A stretch of 43,105 nt of DNA from a virus (taxonomy: Duplodnaviria > Caudoviricetes). The stretch is from the IMG/VR virus record IMGVR_UViG_3300037458_000852, positions 1-43,105 of that record; one strand, written 5' to 3'. The position numbers and the translations under genes were made by a program. Shown in pieces: positions 1 to 10,400 of this stretch (position 1 is the first letter of the stretch; each line of letters begins with the position of its first letter). The notes under the pieces are model-generated. The model worked only from the letters and a program-made list of their open reading frames with translations, ran no database searches and was not told the origin of the DNA.

Positions 1-411
1 CTCAGCGGAGAGCTCGGTCTCGGTCGACGTGGTCTCAGCGGACTCGTCACTGAAGGTCGGGGGAGCCGCGGGGACTTCCTCTTCATCCTCAGTACCCACT
101 GGCACCTCTTCGTCCTCTTCCGGGGTCTCCATCTCCTCGTCGGGCATCTCCTCAGCTGCTGTCTCGTGAACACGAGCAGCAGCCTCGGCAGCCTTCTGCG
201 TGAGCATCTGCTGCTCTTCCGCACGGCGAGTGCGCTCGTTTCGGACTGCCTCAGCAGCCGACGCGAGAGCGTCGAGCGTGTCAACGACCTGCTGAGAGAG
301 GTCCTGGCTCTCAACCGTCTCGAACTCACTCACGATCTCAGACTCGAGCGACTCAAGGTCGCTGTCGTTCAGCTCTGCGATCTGAGAAAGCATCTCCTGG
401 ATGCGATCCAC
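1..411 (-). CDS. Major capsid protein, N-terminal part (acidic scaffold/delta-like domain); continues beyond window
   Basis: Not in ORF track because it is open at the window edge. GGAGG-N4-GTG start at 411, reading MDRIQEMLSQIAELNDSDLESLESEIVSEFE... with no stop to base 1; directly follows the prohead protease gene. Confidence 0.7.
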   Translation of the reverse strand, partial: MDRIQEMLSQIAELNDSDLESLESEIVSEFETVESQDLSQQVVDTLDALASAAEAVRNERTRRAEEQQMLTQKAAEAAARVHETAAEEMPDEEMETPEEDEEVPVGTEDEEEVPAAPPTFSDESAETTSTETELSAE

Positions 412-559
412 TGGTCCTCCTCAAGGCCAGTCATGGAGCGGTCAGGTGTTTAGGTTCCCCTGCCGCAATGACAACGTTCAGTCGAGAGGGGCTTCTGCAA
501 ATCGATATACAGAAGACGCTCTAGTAGTTGCAAGTGTATAGTACACCGCACTTGGAGAT

Positions 560-3277
560 CTACGTGAGAAGTCGAAGCATTGTCGCCAATTCACGTGAGA
601 TGTCCATCTGGCTGAACGTGAGCCCACCACTCATGAACTTCCGGAGAAGCTCCGTCGCGTCACGACCCTCTTCAGCGCCGATCTTCTCGTTGACTCGGTC
701 GATCATGTCGTTGATCATCGTCTGAATCGCCGGAGGTAGGTCGGAGTAACGAACCTTCTCGCCCTGCTCGCCGAACGCCAGTGGCAGGTTGGCGATCGCG
801 CTCCCAAGCTGACGCGCACCCTCGCGGATGCCGGTCACGCTCGTCGGGTCGATCCCGCCGGTGTCGACGCGGTCGACGATGTTGATGACCTCGAGCGCAC
901 TCTTCGCGGCCTCAGCGTAGTCGCCAGCGTCGTCGAGGTTCTCGGCCTCCTCGACCTTCTCGACGACCGCCTGCATCGACTTCGCGTTGCCGAGATCGAC
1001 CTTCAAGCGCGCCAACACCTGCCGGAACTTGCCGTGCGCGTCACGTGGCTGAGTGTCTGCCGTGTACTTCTTGCGGAGCGTGCTCCACGTGCCTCCACCG
1101 TCACCAACCGCGAACTCCGCTAGGGAATGCTCCGAATCGTCGGCACACGCGGCCTTCTTCGGGCTCCGCTTGCGCCGCTTGCTCCGCATGGCGAGTGCTC
1201 GGTCGGGAGACAGGCTGCTCATCAGCACGGCGCGGGTGTCGAGGTACGAGAGGCCGAAGTCGTCGACCGAGAGCTCAGTCCACGACGCTGGCACCACATC
1301 GGTGTGGCCGAGAGCTCGTGCCTGGCGTACGATGTGGCGGCGGGTGGCGGGACGAGACGCCTGGTCGAGGTGGCCGTACGCGTGGACCGCTGCCTTGAGG
1401 TCAGCGAGGTTGGTGATCGGCCGCTTCTCCGGGGGGACGTCACTGAACTCGCTGATGTACGCCTCCGCGGTCGCCAGCACCCAGCGGTCTGGGATCAGGT
1501 CGGCCTTGCCAAGTGCGCGAGCGCGCTTGGCGATGTGACGACGTGCAGCGGACTTGTTCTTTGCCCGGCCGTACGCGGAGATCGCTCGCTTCAGGTCCGC
1601 GACGTTCTCGATCGGGTACGACCCGTCCGGGAGCGCCTTCCCTGCCTTGGCCAGCTTGTCGCGCTTCGCCGGCGGCATGGTCTCGAACGACTCGATGTAC
1701 GCGTCGACGTTCATCATGCGCTCCTCAGCGGCGGTTGCCGCGGCGGTCAGCGCCATCGTGGTGTCCAGCCGCTTGTGAGCGCGCAGCGACGCGACGCGAA
1801 GCTCGGCAAGCTGCTTCCTCCGCTTGAGGACGAGCAGCTCGCCGTTGACCTGCGACACGGACACGGGCTCGTGCAGCGCACCAGCGGCGACCAGCGAGAC
1901 GACCGCGCCGCTGGCGACCTGGGCGCGCGCCACAGGGAAGCCGGGCACGTTGACCTGGCACACGGCAACCAGCTCGAGGCGGCCTCGGATGGACCGCCAG
2001 TCACCGGACGGAGCAGACGCGCGGAACGCTCGGATCTGCTCTGGGGTGACGCCAGGGCGAAGCGCTCCGGACACCCAGATGCCGAACTGGTCCTCGCCGG
2101 CGTGCACGTCCGCGATCGCGCTCTGCGTGTCGTCGTAGTGCTTCATCGCCGCAGCGGCGTCGGCGTGCATCGGCGCGTGCCCGCCGGACAGCGTGAGCTG
2201 CCCGACCGTGACGTCCACGCCCTCAGCGGTGCGAAGCGCGCCCGTGTGGAAGTACTGGTAGCCGCTGGCGCTGCGCGGAGCGCGGGTGCCGAACGACATC
2301 CCGATGTGGTCCACGTCCCATGATGCGATGTGGCCGAACACGCGGCCATCATCGGTGACGGTCAAAGCCGTTGGCTTTGACAGCTCGGGATCGGTGAACC
2401 ACTCCTTCGGAGGATGCACCGGGACGTTGAACACGTTCCCGCCGGAGGCGACGATCGCGAACTCCTGGCCCGACTCGTCGACGTCGGTGTACGTACCGTC
2501 GGGCACGATCTGCTCCTCGTTGAAGTCGTCGACAAGCTGGATGGTGCATTCCTGGAATGCCGGCTTTGGAACCAGGGTAATGCCCATGAGTCGAGCAGCG
2601 TCGATCTCCATCTTCTGGCTCTGGATCTTGTTGTCGTCGTCCTCTGCGGAGTTCTCGATCTCGTTTGCAGAGAACTGGTCGAGGTCTGCGGAGATCCAGC
2701 GGAGCATGTTGTCGCCGACCAAACGCTCGGCCTCACGGCCGTACGGGCCGGTGTCGAACACGCCGCGCGCGTTGCCCAACCCGTTCTCGACGCGCTCGCA
2801 GGAGTCGACGCGGCCGACCAGCACCGAGCCGTTGTGCCCCTCGCCGGTCGAGATCTGCCAGAGCAGCGGGATCGGCATGTCCCGCATGGTGAGCGAGCCT
2901 GGCTTGAACGTGCGGCCGTCACCGGTCTCAGCACCCTCAGGGATGACGAGCGGGATGAAGAAGCTCCGGCCAGCTGAGATCTCCGGCATCGGCAGGTCAC
3001 CGGCGGGGAGCTCCTGCTCAACGATCGGGCCCTGCTCCTCGTCGACAGGCGCGATGAGACCCTGGACGAGCTCCTTGCGGCTGCGCTTGGCCATGCGGCT
3101 GTGCGCGGCCTCGACGCGGGCGCGCAACTGATCCTGCTCCGACTGAGCGCCCGACGCGGTCAGCCGCTGGCGCTGGACGTCTCGGCGAGCGCGCATCACG
3201 GCGAGCGAGACGACGTCGTCGATCGGAAGGATGTCCGGGCTGTACTCCGGGACGTAACCGTCTTCAACTTCAATCAT
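560..3277 (-). CDS. Capsid maturation (prohead) protease fusion protein
   Basis: PEGAETGDGR..PIPLLWQ..GHNGSVLVGRVD..ISADLD..TLVPKPAF protease region and PPKEWFTDP..DDGRVFGHIASW region, as recalled from cluster-B-type actinophage proteases; two C-terminal PI(E/T)N.ADLK.A..AYG repeats; position upstream of capsid. Confidence 0.8.
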   Translation of the reverse strand: MIEVEDGYVPEYSPDILPIDDVVSLAVMRARRDVQRQRLTASGAQSEQDQLRARVEAAHSRMAKRSRKELVQGLIAPVDEEQGPIVEQELPAGDLPMPEISAGRSFFIPLVIPEGAETGDGRTFKPGSLTMRDMPIPLLWQISTGEGHNGSVLVGRVDSCERVENGLGNARGVFDTGPYGREAERLVGDNMLRWISADLDQFSANEIENSAEDDDNKIQSQKMEIDAARLMGITLVPKPAFQECTIQLVDDFNEEQIVPDGTYTDVDESGQEFAIVASGGNVFNVPVHPPKEWFTDPELSKPTALTVTDDGRVFGHIASWDVDHIGMSFGTRAPRSASGYQYFHTGALRTAEGVDVTVGQLTLSGGHAPMHADAAAAMKHYDDTQSAIADVHAGEDQFGIWVSGALRPGVTPEQIRAFRASAPSGDWRSIRGRLELVAVCQVNVPGFPVARAQVASGAVVSLVAAGALHEPVSVSQVNGELLVLKRRKQLAELRVASLRAHKRLDTTMALTAAATAAEERMMNVDAYIESFETMPPAKRDKLAKAGKALPDGSYPIENVADLKRAISAYGRAKNKSAARRHIAKRARALGKADLIPDRWVLATAEAYISEFSDVPPEKRPITNLADLKAAVHAYGHLDQASRPATRRHIVRQARALGHTDVVPASWTELSVDDFGLSYLDTRAVLMSSLSPDRALAMRSKRRKRSPKKAACADDSEHSLAEFAVGDGGGTWSTLRKKYTADTQPRDAHGKFRQVLARLKVDLGNAKSMQAVVEKVEEAENLDDAGDYAEAAKSALEVINIVDRVDTGGIDPTSVTGIREGARQLGSAIANLPLAFGEQGEKVRYSDLPPAIQTMINDMIDRVNEKIGAEEGRDATELLRKFMSGGLTFSQMDISRELATMLRLLT

Positions 3278-3935
3278 GAGAGTTCCTCTCGCTCATCGCG
3301 ATCTTGGTCGCCAAGGCGATGTTGGCGCATACCTCATCGTACCGTCCTTCAGAGCGGATTCGCTCCCAACGGCGCTTGTGTGCTTCACTCATCTTGCGCT
3401 TCACGTCGTCTGGGAGAGTCTTTCCACGCCAGGCCTTACCAGTGTCACCATGGACAAATGGGACTGCCGACAGAGACCCGTATCGCTCAATCATTGTCTC
3501 ACGTCGAGCGGCACTCTGTCTCGACTTGAGAGTGGGGTCGTTGACGAAGGACTGTTTGATACTTGCTGACAGCTTGGCGTTCCACTCAGAAGTACGAGGA
3601 GCAGCGAAGCCTGCCAGCCCGTCACCACCGTCTGTCGCGTTCGTCAACCGATGACCAGTCGATCGTAGGTGCGCAATCCACCACTGCTCAGCTTCAGCAA
3701 GCTCACTCTTCTTCATCTCGCTGCACTCTAGCACTAAGTACGTTGGCTCAACACCTTCTTGCGCCAGTGAATAGATCCAACACTCGACGTGACGAAGACG
3801 AGGGCAGCGATCACTTGTCGACCACTTGTTGCGACGAGTGATGTAGCCGTGAAGCTCACGCGTGGTGATGCCTACGTACCTGATGTGCTCAGGCTCACGT
3901 GGGTCCATCAGTGCGTAGACGTATGAGTAGGTCAT
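3270..3935 (-). CDS. GIY-YIG homing endonuclease with NUMOD3-like tail
   Basis: YVYALMDPR..IRYVGIT, AEQWWI, LTNATDGGDG, KRKMSEAHK; lower GC than flanks; overlaps both neighbours. Confidence 0.85.
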   Translation of the reverse strand: MTYSYVYALMDPREPEHIRYVGITTRELHGYITRRNKWSTSDRCPRLRHVECWIYSLAQEGVEPTYLVLECSEMKKSELAEAEQWWIAHLRSTGHRLTNATDGGDGLAGFAAPRTSEWNAKLSASIKQSFVNDPTLKSRQSAARRETMIERYGSLSAVPFVHGDTGKAWRGKTLPDDVKRKMSEAHKRRWERIRSEGRYDEVCANIALATKIAMSERNSHD

Positions 3936-6787
3936 TTGCGACCATACATCGCACGATGAAGCTGATCACCTGTCCACATACCGGTGACCTCTCTATGGCG
4001 TAAGCTGCAGTATCCCTTGGCCCTCACTCCCAGGTACTTGCTCAGGTGACGCACGCACCGGCGCCAGTCTCCACCGGTGCCCCAGCGAATCTTAGCGCCA
4101 CCCTCGCCAACAGTCCAGTAGCGACGGAGCCGTTCAGCGTTCCCGCGATTCCGATCAGCGCCACCAGCGGAGACGAGAGCCAGCAGCTCATTGTCGACGC
4201 TCCAAAGTGGCATGAGCATGATGTCCTGAATCGACGCGAACATCACCTCGTCGTCTACACCCTCGACGTCGACGGTGTCGTCATCAGGTCGCAGGCCAAG
4301 CAGGTACTCGTCACCCTGGTAGTCACCTTCCCAGAGAGCGAGCTTGTCGAACGTGATTGATGATGGCGGCTCACCTGTGGCCGGGCTCGGCGGGTAGCCA
4401 AGTGTCAGGTGCGGTGTCCACTTGGGATACTGCTTCGTGGACTCGTACGCTGACCTCACCGTCGGATCCTCGAGCAGGCTGTCACGCGCCCAAGTGAACA
4501 CGCCTGGGTCGAGCATGACCACATCAGCCTCGTCGTCACCCAGCTTCTCGCGGCCCACCACGTCCAGCGTGGTCGGCTCCAGCTCCTGAGCCTCGCGCGC
4601 GACAGCTGCGTGCATCACGTCGAGTGACTCCGGCGGAACGTCCTTGCCGAAGAACAGCATCGTCATGTGCGGGACCTGCTCGCTGGATGCGTCCCACACC
4701 GGGTCACCCTCGGCCGGCACCGCGACGAGCACGATGTTGCTCTTGTCGGGGATCCCGCCAGCCGCGGTGACGGCAGGCTCGCCCTCGGCGGGAGCAGGCT
4801 CGTCGCCCGCTGCGTCAACCTGGGCGAGCACGTTGTCGAAGAGCTCACCATCGAGAACCACGACTGGCGGCGGCGTTGGCGACTTGAGGTCCTGGATGAT
4901 CGCGGGATCCTCGACCCACTCGTCACTGACTCGCTTGAACGAGGTCGTCGTCGGCGAGCCCTCCTCCTCGGGAGCGATGGCGACCAGCTCCATGACTGCC
5001 TGCGGGTCGTCCTTGGCGACGATCGCGAAGTAGATCGGCTTGACCTCCTCGGTCGCGCCGCCAGGCAGCTCAGCCGCGGCGAGCAGCACGTCGTCGATGC
5101 TGGTGGTCTTCTTCTGTGTCGGGTACTTCTTGTGCTTGTACCGAGCGTCGTGGCGGGCCTTCTCCTTGGCCTTGGCACGGTCCTCTGCCCGGATCTTCGC
5201 TGCCTCACGGCGACGGGCCTCACGAGCGATCTTCGCACTCTGGGCTGGAGCCGCCGCCACCTCAGCTGCGCGACGCACCCGCTCCTCGTAGGAGTTGAGC
5301 ATGCCGTGCAGTTCCTTGGTCAGGATCTTCGACAAGTACTCGGGCAGCCGGACGCCGGTGACTCGCCGACCGTACGTGGTGCCGCCGGAGATGCGCCGCT
5401 CACGCTCAGCGCGCCAGGTGTTGGCGTCCTCGCGTGCCTTGACCGCGGCCTTGTCCTTGCGAGCCTCGTCGGCGGCCTTCTTCTTCTTGATCGCGTCGGC
5501 CTTGCGCCGCGCGTCCGCGGCCTTGTTGTACGCGGCGATGTCGGGGTAGCGCTCGGCGTTCGTCTGCCTCTTCCCGCTCGTGGTCGCCTTCGACCCGGCC
5601 TTCTTGTCGAGCTTGAGCTGCTTCCCGTCGACCGCGTACAGCGTGCCCGACTTGCCCCGCACGATCACCTTGCCGTCGGACGGGCGCGTCCCCACAACGG
5701 TGACAGGAGTGCTCCCGGCCATCGCCCTGTCACCCTGCTGGATGAACATGCCCCGCGCGTCACGTGCCTGGCGCTTCGCGTTCTTGGACCGCTCCTCCGG
5801 CGTGTACACGCCGTCACCGTGGTTGATGCTCGGGTCTGCCGTCCGCTGCGGGCGAGGCGCGGCCGCGGTCATCACGCTGTCGACGAGCACGTCGTCGATG
5901 GAGAAGACGAGCTCCTGCATCATCGCCCACTCGGCGGGGTCGATGTCACTCAGCGCAACGGGCATCTCGGGTGCGTCGTAGAGCGCGGCGGCCACGTACA
6001 TCGCCGCGTCGTCGTCCAGCTCACAGACCGGGTTGTACATGAGGCTCGGGTCACCGGCCGGGTCGTCGCACTCGGCCCAGTCGCCGTTCGACCAGACAAG
6101 CCAGCCACCGTCTGGGCGCTGCGCGAACAGCGCGATCACGCGCTCCATGGATGGGCCGTCGAACTGGCCCCACAGCGCGTGCTCGCCAGCTTCACCGGTG
6201 AGCAGGCCCAGGTTGACGCCAGCGTCCGCGACGAGCGTGTCGGTGGCGCCGATGATCTTGGCTGCCCAGCGCTGTCCAGCGTCTCCGCCCCACAGCGACC
6301 AGCTGACCCGCTCTGGTGACGGGAACTCGGCTCCACCCGGCTGCCAGCCGGCGGACTTCCGATCGACGTCACGCGCGCTGAAGTACCGGTTGACGTGCTT
6401 GACTGTCTCGACGTCGACGTGCCCGCCGGCAAGCAACGTGTTCGCGACACTCAGGCCAACCACGGTGCTGCAGTCGTCGTGGTCGAAGCACCAGTCCAGC
6501 GCCCGCTCGACCTCCTTCTGCACCACCCTCGGAACCGCGAACGTGCGCTGCTCACCGGCTGAGGCGACGATCGCGATCTCGGAGTTGATCATCTCAGCGG
6601 CCGTGGCGGCGAGCTCGGCGAGCGCACCCATGCCCTCCGGGAGGAGGACGGCGCCACCGTTGACGTCGATGATCGAGTGCTGACGAGTCTGCTTCGTGAT
6701 GGGGTCGACGGCGATGCCAACGCCGCCGACGTCGAAGACGACGTTCCTGCCTTCGATCCCAACCAGCTTTGGCTGGACTGCCATCAC
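3932..6787 (-). CDS. Multidomain head-associated protein with 2H phosphoesterase (2'-5' RNA ligase/Acb1-like fold)
   Basis: Two HxT motifs (PHMTM ~4660-4675, PHLTL ~4400-4415); SWSLWGGDAG domain; C-terminal RYW..GEG.AKIRWGT.GD..RC..GYC..RH domain; lies between portal and protease. Confidence 0.75.
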   Translation of the reverse strand: MMAVQPKLVGIEGRNVVFDVGGVGIAVDPITKQTRQHSIIDVNGGAVLLPEGMGALAELAATAAEMINSEIAIVASAGEQRTFAVPRVVQKEVERALDWCFDHDDCSTVVGLSVANTLLAGGHVDVETVKHVNRYFSARDVDRKSAGWQPGGAEFPSPERVSWSLWGGDAGQRWAAKIIGATDTLVADAGVNLGLLTGEAGEHALWGQFDGPSMERVIALFAQRPDGGWLVWSNGDWAECDDPAGDPSLMYNPVCELDDDAAMYVAAALYDAPEMPVALSDIDPAEWAMMQELVFSIDDVLVDSVMTAAAPRPQRTADPSINHGDGVYTPEERSKNAKRQARDARGMFIQQGDRAMAGSTPVTVVGTRPSDGKVIVRGKSGTLYAVDGKQLKLDKKAGSKATTSGKRQTNAERYPDIAAYNKAADARRKADAIKKKKAADEARKDKAAVKAREDANTWRAERERRISGGTTYGRRVTGVRLPEYLSKILTKELHGMLNSYEERVRRAAEVAAAPAQSAKIAREARRREAAKIRAEDRAKAKEKARHDARYKHKKYPTQKKTTSIDDVLLAAAELPGGATEEVKPIYFAIVAKDDPQAVMELVAIAPEEEGSPTTTSFKRVSDEWVEDPAIIQDLKSPTPPPVVVLDGELFDNVLAQVDAAGDEPAPAEGEPAVTAAGGIPDKSNIVLVAVPAEGDPVWDASSEQVPHMTMLFFGKDVPPESLDVMHAAVAREAQELEPTTLDVVGREKLGDDEADVVMLDPGVFTWARDSLLEDPTVRSAYESTKQYPKWTPHLTLGYPPSPATGEPPSSITFDKLALWEGDYQGDEYLLGLRPDDDTVDVEGVDDEVMFASIQDIMLMPLWSVDNELLALVSAGGADRNRGNAERLRRYWTVGEGGAKIRWGTGGDWRRCVRHLSKYLGVRAKGYCSLRHREVTGMWTGDQLHRAMYGRK

Positions 6788-7386
6788 GCCTCCTCGGTCA
6801 CGGGCTGGTCGAACGTCAGGTACATCTTCTCATCTCCCGGGCGGGGGTTCCCGTCGATCTCGCGGAGGATCCAGCCGTTCGGGCCCTCCGGGTCGATCGG
6901 GCCGAGCATGCTCAGGATGAAGTTGGTCGTCGCCTGAGCTTCTTCGTCGTCGTCCAGCTCGCCGAACTCCGGGTAGTCCTCGGTGACCTCGTCGAACGCC
7001 CGAGCGGCCTCGCCCAGATAGTCTGCTGTGTTCTCTGCAGCGGTCTCACTGTAGACTGGCTCGCCATCTTCGTCAAGCTCAGGCTCATCCATGTCGTCGA
7101 ACGCCTTGCGCACAGCGTTGACGCCGGACTCGACGCTTGGCGCCCTCTCGACGTCTGTCGTGTACGTTCCACCGAGGTTGTACGTCGCGACGGACAGCCA
7201 ATCCTCGGCCGATGCCGGCTGCACGGGCTTGTCGTCAGTCAGACGAGCGAGACGCGCGGCGTCGTCTTCCCAGAACGGAGTGACACCTGGCGCCCAGACG
7301 TACTGCGCTCCAGCATCGTCGGCAACAACGGCCATGTACGTCTGATGTGTTTCACTGTCCTTGACGTACGTGAGCAGTGCTGTCAT
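6784..7386 (-). CDS. Acidic hypothetical protein (possible partner/immunity protein of upstream kinase domain)
   Basis: ATG at 7386 with GGGAG SD, 16 nt after the giant gene stop; very D/E-rich; 4-nt overlap with next gene. Confidence 0.7.
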   Translation of the reverse strand: MTALLTYVKDSETHQTYMAVVADDAGAQYVWAPGVTPFWEDDAARLARLTDDKPVQPASAEDWLSVATYNLGGTYTTDVERAPSVESGVNAVRKAFDDMDEPELDEDGEPVYSETAAENTADYLGEAARAFDEVTEDYPEFGELDDDEEAQATTNFILSMLGPIDPEGPNGWILREIDGNPRPGDEKMYLTFDQPVTEEA

Positions 7387-7402
7387 GTCGCTCCCATCGC
7401 TT

Positions 7403-10400
7403 TCAGTAGCCGAGCTTGCGTTCGAACGTGCCATCCGCTACCTCACCGCGTAGCTGCTGCAGCTGCGCGTCGATGTAGTCAGCGAGGCTAGACGTCGCGT
7501 AGTCGGCGCTTGCCTTGCTGTTCGCGTCGATCGCCTCGTCAACCAGCTGGGTCATGAGCGTCTTGAAGCGCTCTGAGCCAATCCTGTCATGGATCTTCTG
7601 GAGGTACCGTGAGTACGCTCCACTGTAGGCACCGGTGATGCGGTCAGACGGCGTGCTCCAGCCGTTCATCGGGTCCCACCGGAGGTTGTCGCCATGCCGA
7701 GCGATCGCGTTGAACGCGTTGTCGACCGGGATCAGGTAGAACTTCCCGTCACTGGCACGCTGCGCGTACTGGTAGTTCCCGTCGTGACGGTCGCCGTTGC
7801 CGAAGAGCCCGTCAAGCATCTGGAGTCGGATCGGGTCACGGTAGTCGACGTACTCCTCAGGTGAACGAGGGCGACTACGCGCCACGGCAGCATTCTTCGG
7901 CCGCTCAACGAGGTCGAGGTTGTCACCAACGCGCTGCATGACGATCATCGCGTCCTCGACTCGGCTACGCTCGAACCCTGGGATGCCGTTGTAGCCCATT
8001 GCAGCGAGGTACTTGTTCGGGTCACGCTCGCCATTCGCTCCGTGGATGGGGTCTTGTCCCTGCCACTGGCTGGCGATCTTGTCCCACTTGACGAAGTACA
8101 CCTGGCCGGTTGCCTTGTGGGTGACCTTGAACGTATAGTTGACGCCACCCTCTCCGCGCGTGAGCTCCTTCACCTTGTAGTCAGCAAGTTTCCCAGGAAC
8201 AGCACCAGCGCGACCGCGGCCGGCTGCCGTCTGAAGATCTGCGAGACTCACGTCGCGGAGCGCGTCGCCAGCTTGCGGTAGCGTTCGCTGGGCGGGGAAG
8301 TCCAGCCCGATCTCGGCGTCAAGAGCGTTATTCAGCGCGTCCAGGTCTGCGTCCATTCCGCTGTACGCCCATCCAGCACGCTCGTTGCGCTTCCAATCGG
8401 CGAGGACCACGTTCACCATCGTCTTCAAGTCACGCTTGACGAGCGGCGGCAGCGTGGCGAGCGAGTCGCCATTCAGAAGCGCGTCGCCGACCTGGCGCGA
8501 CCACTTCTGGAGCCGGTCGCTGCCTCCCATCGCCTTGATGTTCACCGGGTCGACAACCACGCGAGCAAGATCAGGAGACTGGACTGTGTTCTGCTTGTTC
8601 TTGGCACGCGCCTCGGCGGCCTTGAGCCCATCATACGCGACCTTCTGCCTGTACGCGTAGTCTTCAGGCTGCAGGCTCTTGGCACCGTGCCAGTCCATGC
8701 TCCGCATCGTCTGCTTGCCGACCCAGTCCTTCTTCCCAGGACGCCACCCGACGAGTGCCAGCTCCATCGGAGTCGGGATGACGCCCGCTGCGCCGCCGCG
8801 GATGCTGCTGACTCGCTTGCTCAGCTCGGTGATCTGCGCACGCTCAGCGTCGGTCGAGGCCATCCTGCCCATCATGCCGAGGATGCTGTCGACCTTGCGC
8901 ATCGTAGCAGTGCGCTGTTGCACCGGGTTCGTGCCCCAGATGCTCATGTCCCAGCCGAAGCCGTTGACCGACCAGACGTAGCCACCAGTCCAGTCTCCGC
9001 CACCAGCTGCGTGGACCTTGACCTTCTTGACACCGTTGGCGATGTACCAGTTCTCCATCCAGCGGTTGTACGCTGACGAGAAGCCACCACCTCGCTTGTC
9101 GCCTTCGATACGCATGAGCATGTTCTCAGGCACGTACTCTTCAGTGCTGCCGTTGTACCTGATCTTGCGCTCGACCTTGCCGATCCGCTCGTCTCCGTCG
9201 TAGATGTACATCGAGATGTTCAGCGTCTTGTTCCGACCGCTCTTGGTGACCTCGTGGTACCCGTACTTGAGCGTGTACTTGCCGTCGCCGAACGCGAAGT
9301 CGCTGCCAACGCCGAACACCTTCTCGATGTCCGCGCGGTTGTTCTCGCCGGCGAAGATGTTCTCGATGGACGTCCGAGTGCGTGCTGCAGTCGCGATTTC
9401 AGCAGCTCGCGTGCGCCAAGCCGCGAAGTCGACCTGTTTGGCGTCAGGATTGGCCGAGTTCTCGTTGACGTCGAGCGGCTCGGACACTCCAGGCGTCTTG
9501 CCAGACTGCTCAACGTCACCGACGTTCGGGTTGAACGATTCGACGTAGTCGGCTGGTGTCACCGGCGAGCTTGGGTCAACCGGCTTCTCGCCAACCTGGC
9601 GACGGGCACGGTTCTGTCGCTGCAACGCGGTTGCGTACTTGGTGACCTGCGCTGCGACATCGTTCTGACCAGCGCGACGGAGCAGGAATGAGGCACGCTG
9701 GAACTTGAGCAGCATGCCCGCCATGTCGCCGTCTTCGAACGCTGACCGTGCGTCGTCGAGTGCGAAGCCAGCGTTGCGGCGATCGCGCTCAGGTGCACCG
9801 AGTGCACGGCGAGCGCGCATCGGAAGACGAACGCGGATCTTGGACAGCCCGTCAAGCAGCTCGGCTTCGTCGAGGTTCGCGAGATCGTCAGCAACTGCTG
9901 GCGCGGCTGGCGCGGCTGGAGCGGGAGGTGCAGCTGGCGCTGCTGGAGCGGCAGGCGCAGGCGCAGGCGGAACCGCGCCATCTCCACCGTCTGGGGCGGG
10001 CGGTGGATTGTCGATCCGGACCAGTCGGCGCCCTGAGCGCACAATCACGCGGCCGTCATCGAGCTTGATCCGAGCGTATGCAGGCTCCTGCTGAACGACC
10101 GTGACTGTACCTTCGAGACCGTCGGCGCCGCGAACTCGGATGCCCTTGTAGATCGTCCGGCCAAACCGGTCGTTGATCACGCCGTTCGGCACGTAGCGGT
10201 TGATCTCATCTGGTGCTGCACCGGCAGGCTGTGGTGGCGTGGCAGCGGGACGGGGCGCGACAGGTTCGCCAGGCGTGCTCTCCTCTGGGATGTCTGCGCC
10301 AGGAGGCCATGCCCACTGTTCGGGAGGCTGCGGACGCGCCAGCTCCTCCTCGATCATCCGGCCAATGTCGTCGTCACTGATCCGGCCGTCGATGCCGAGG

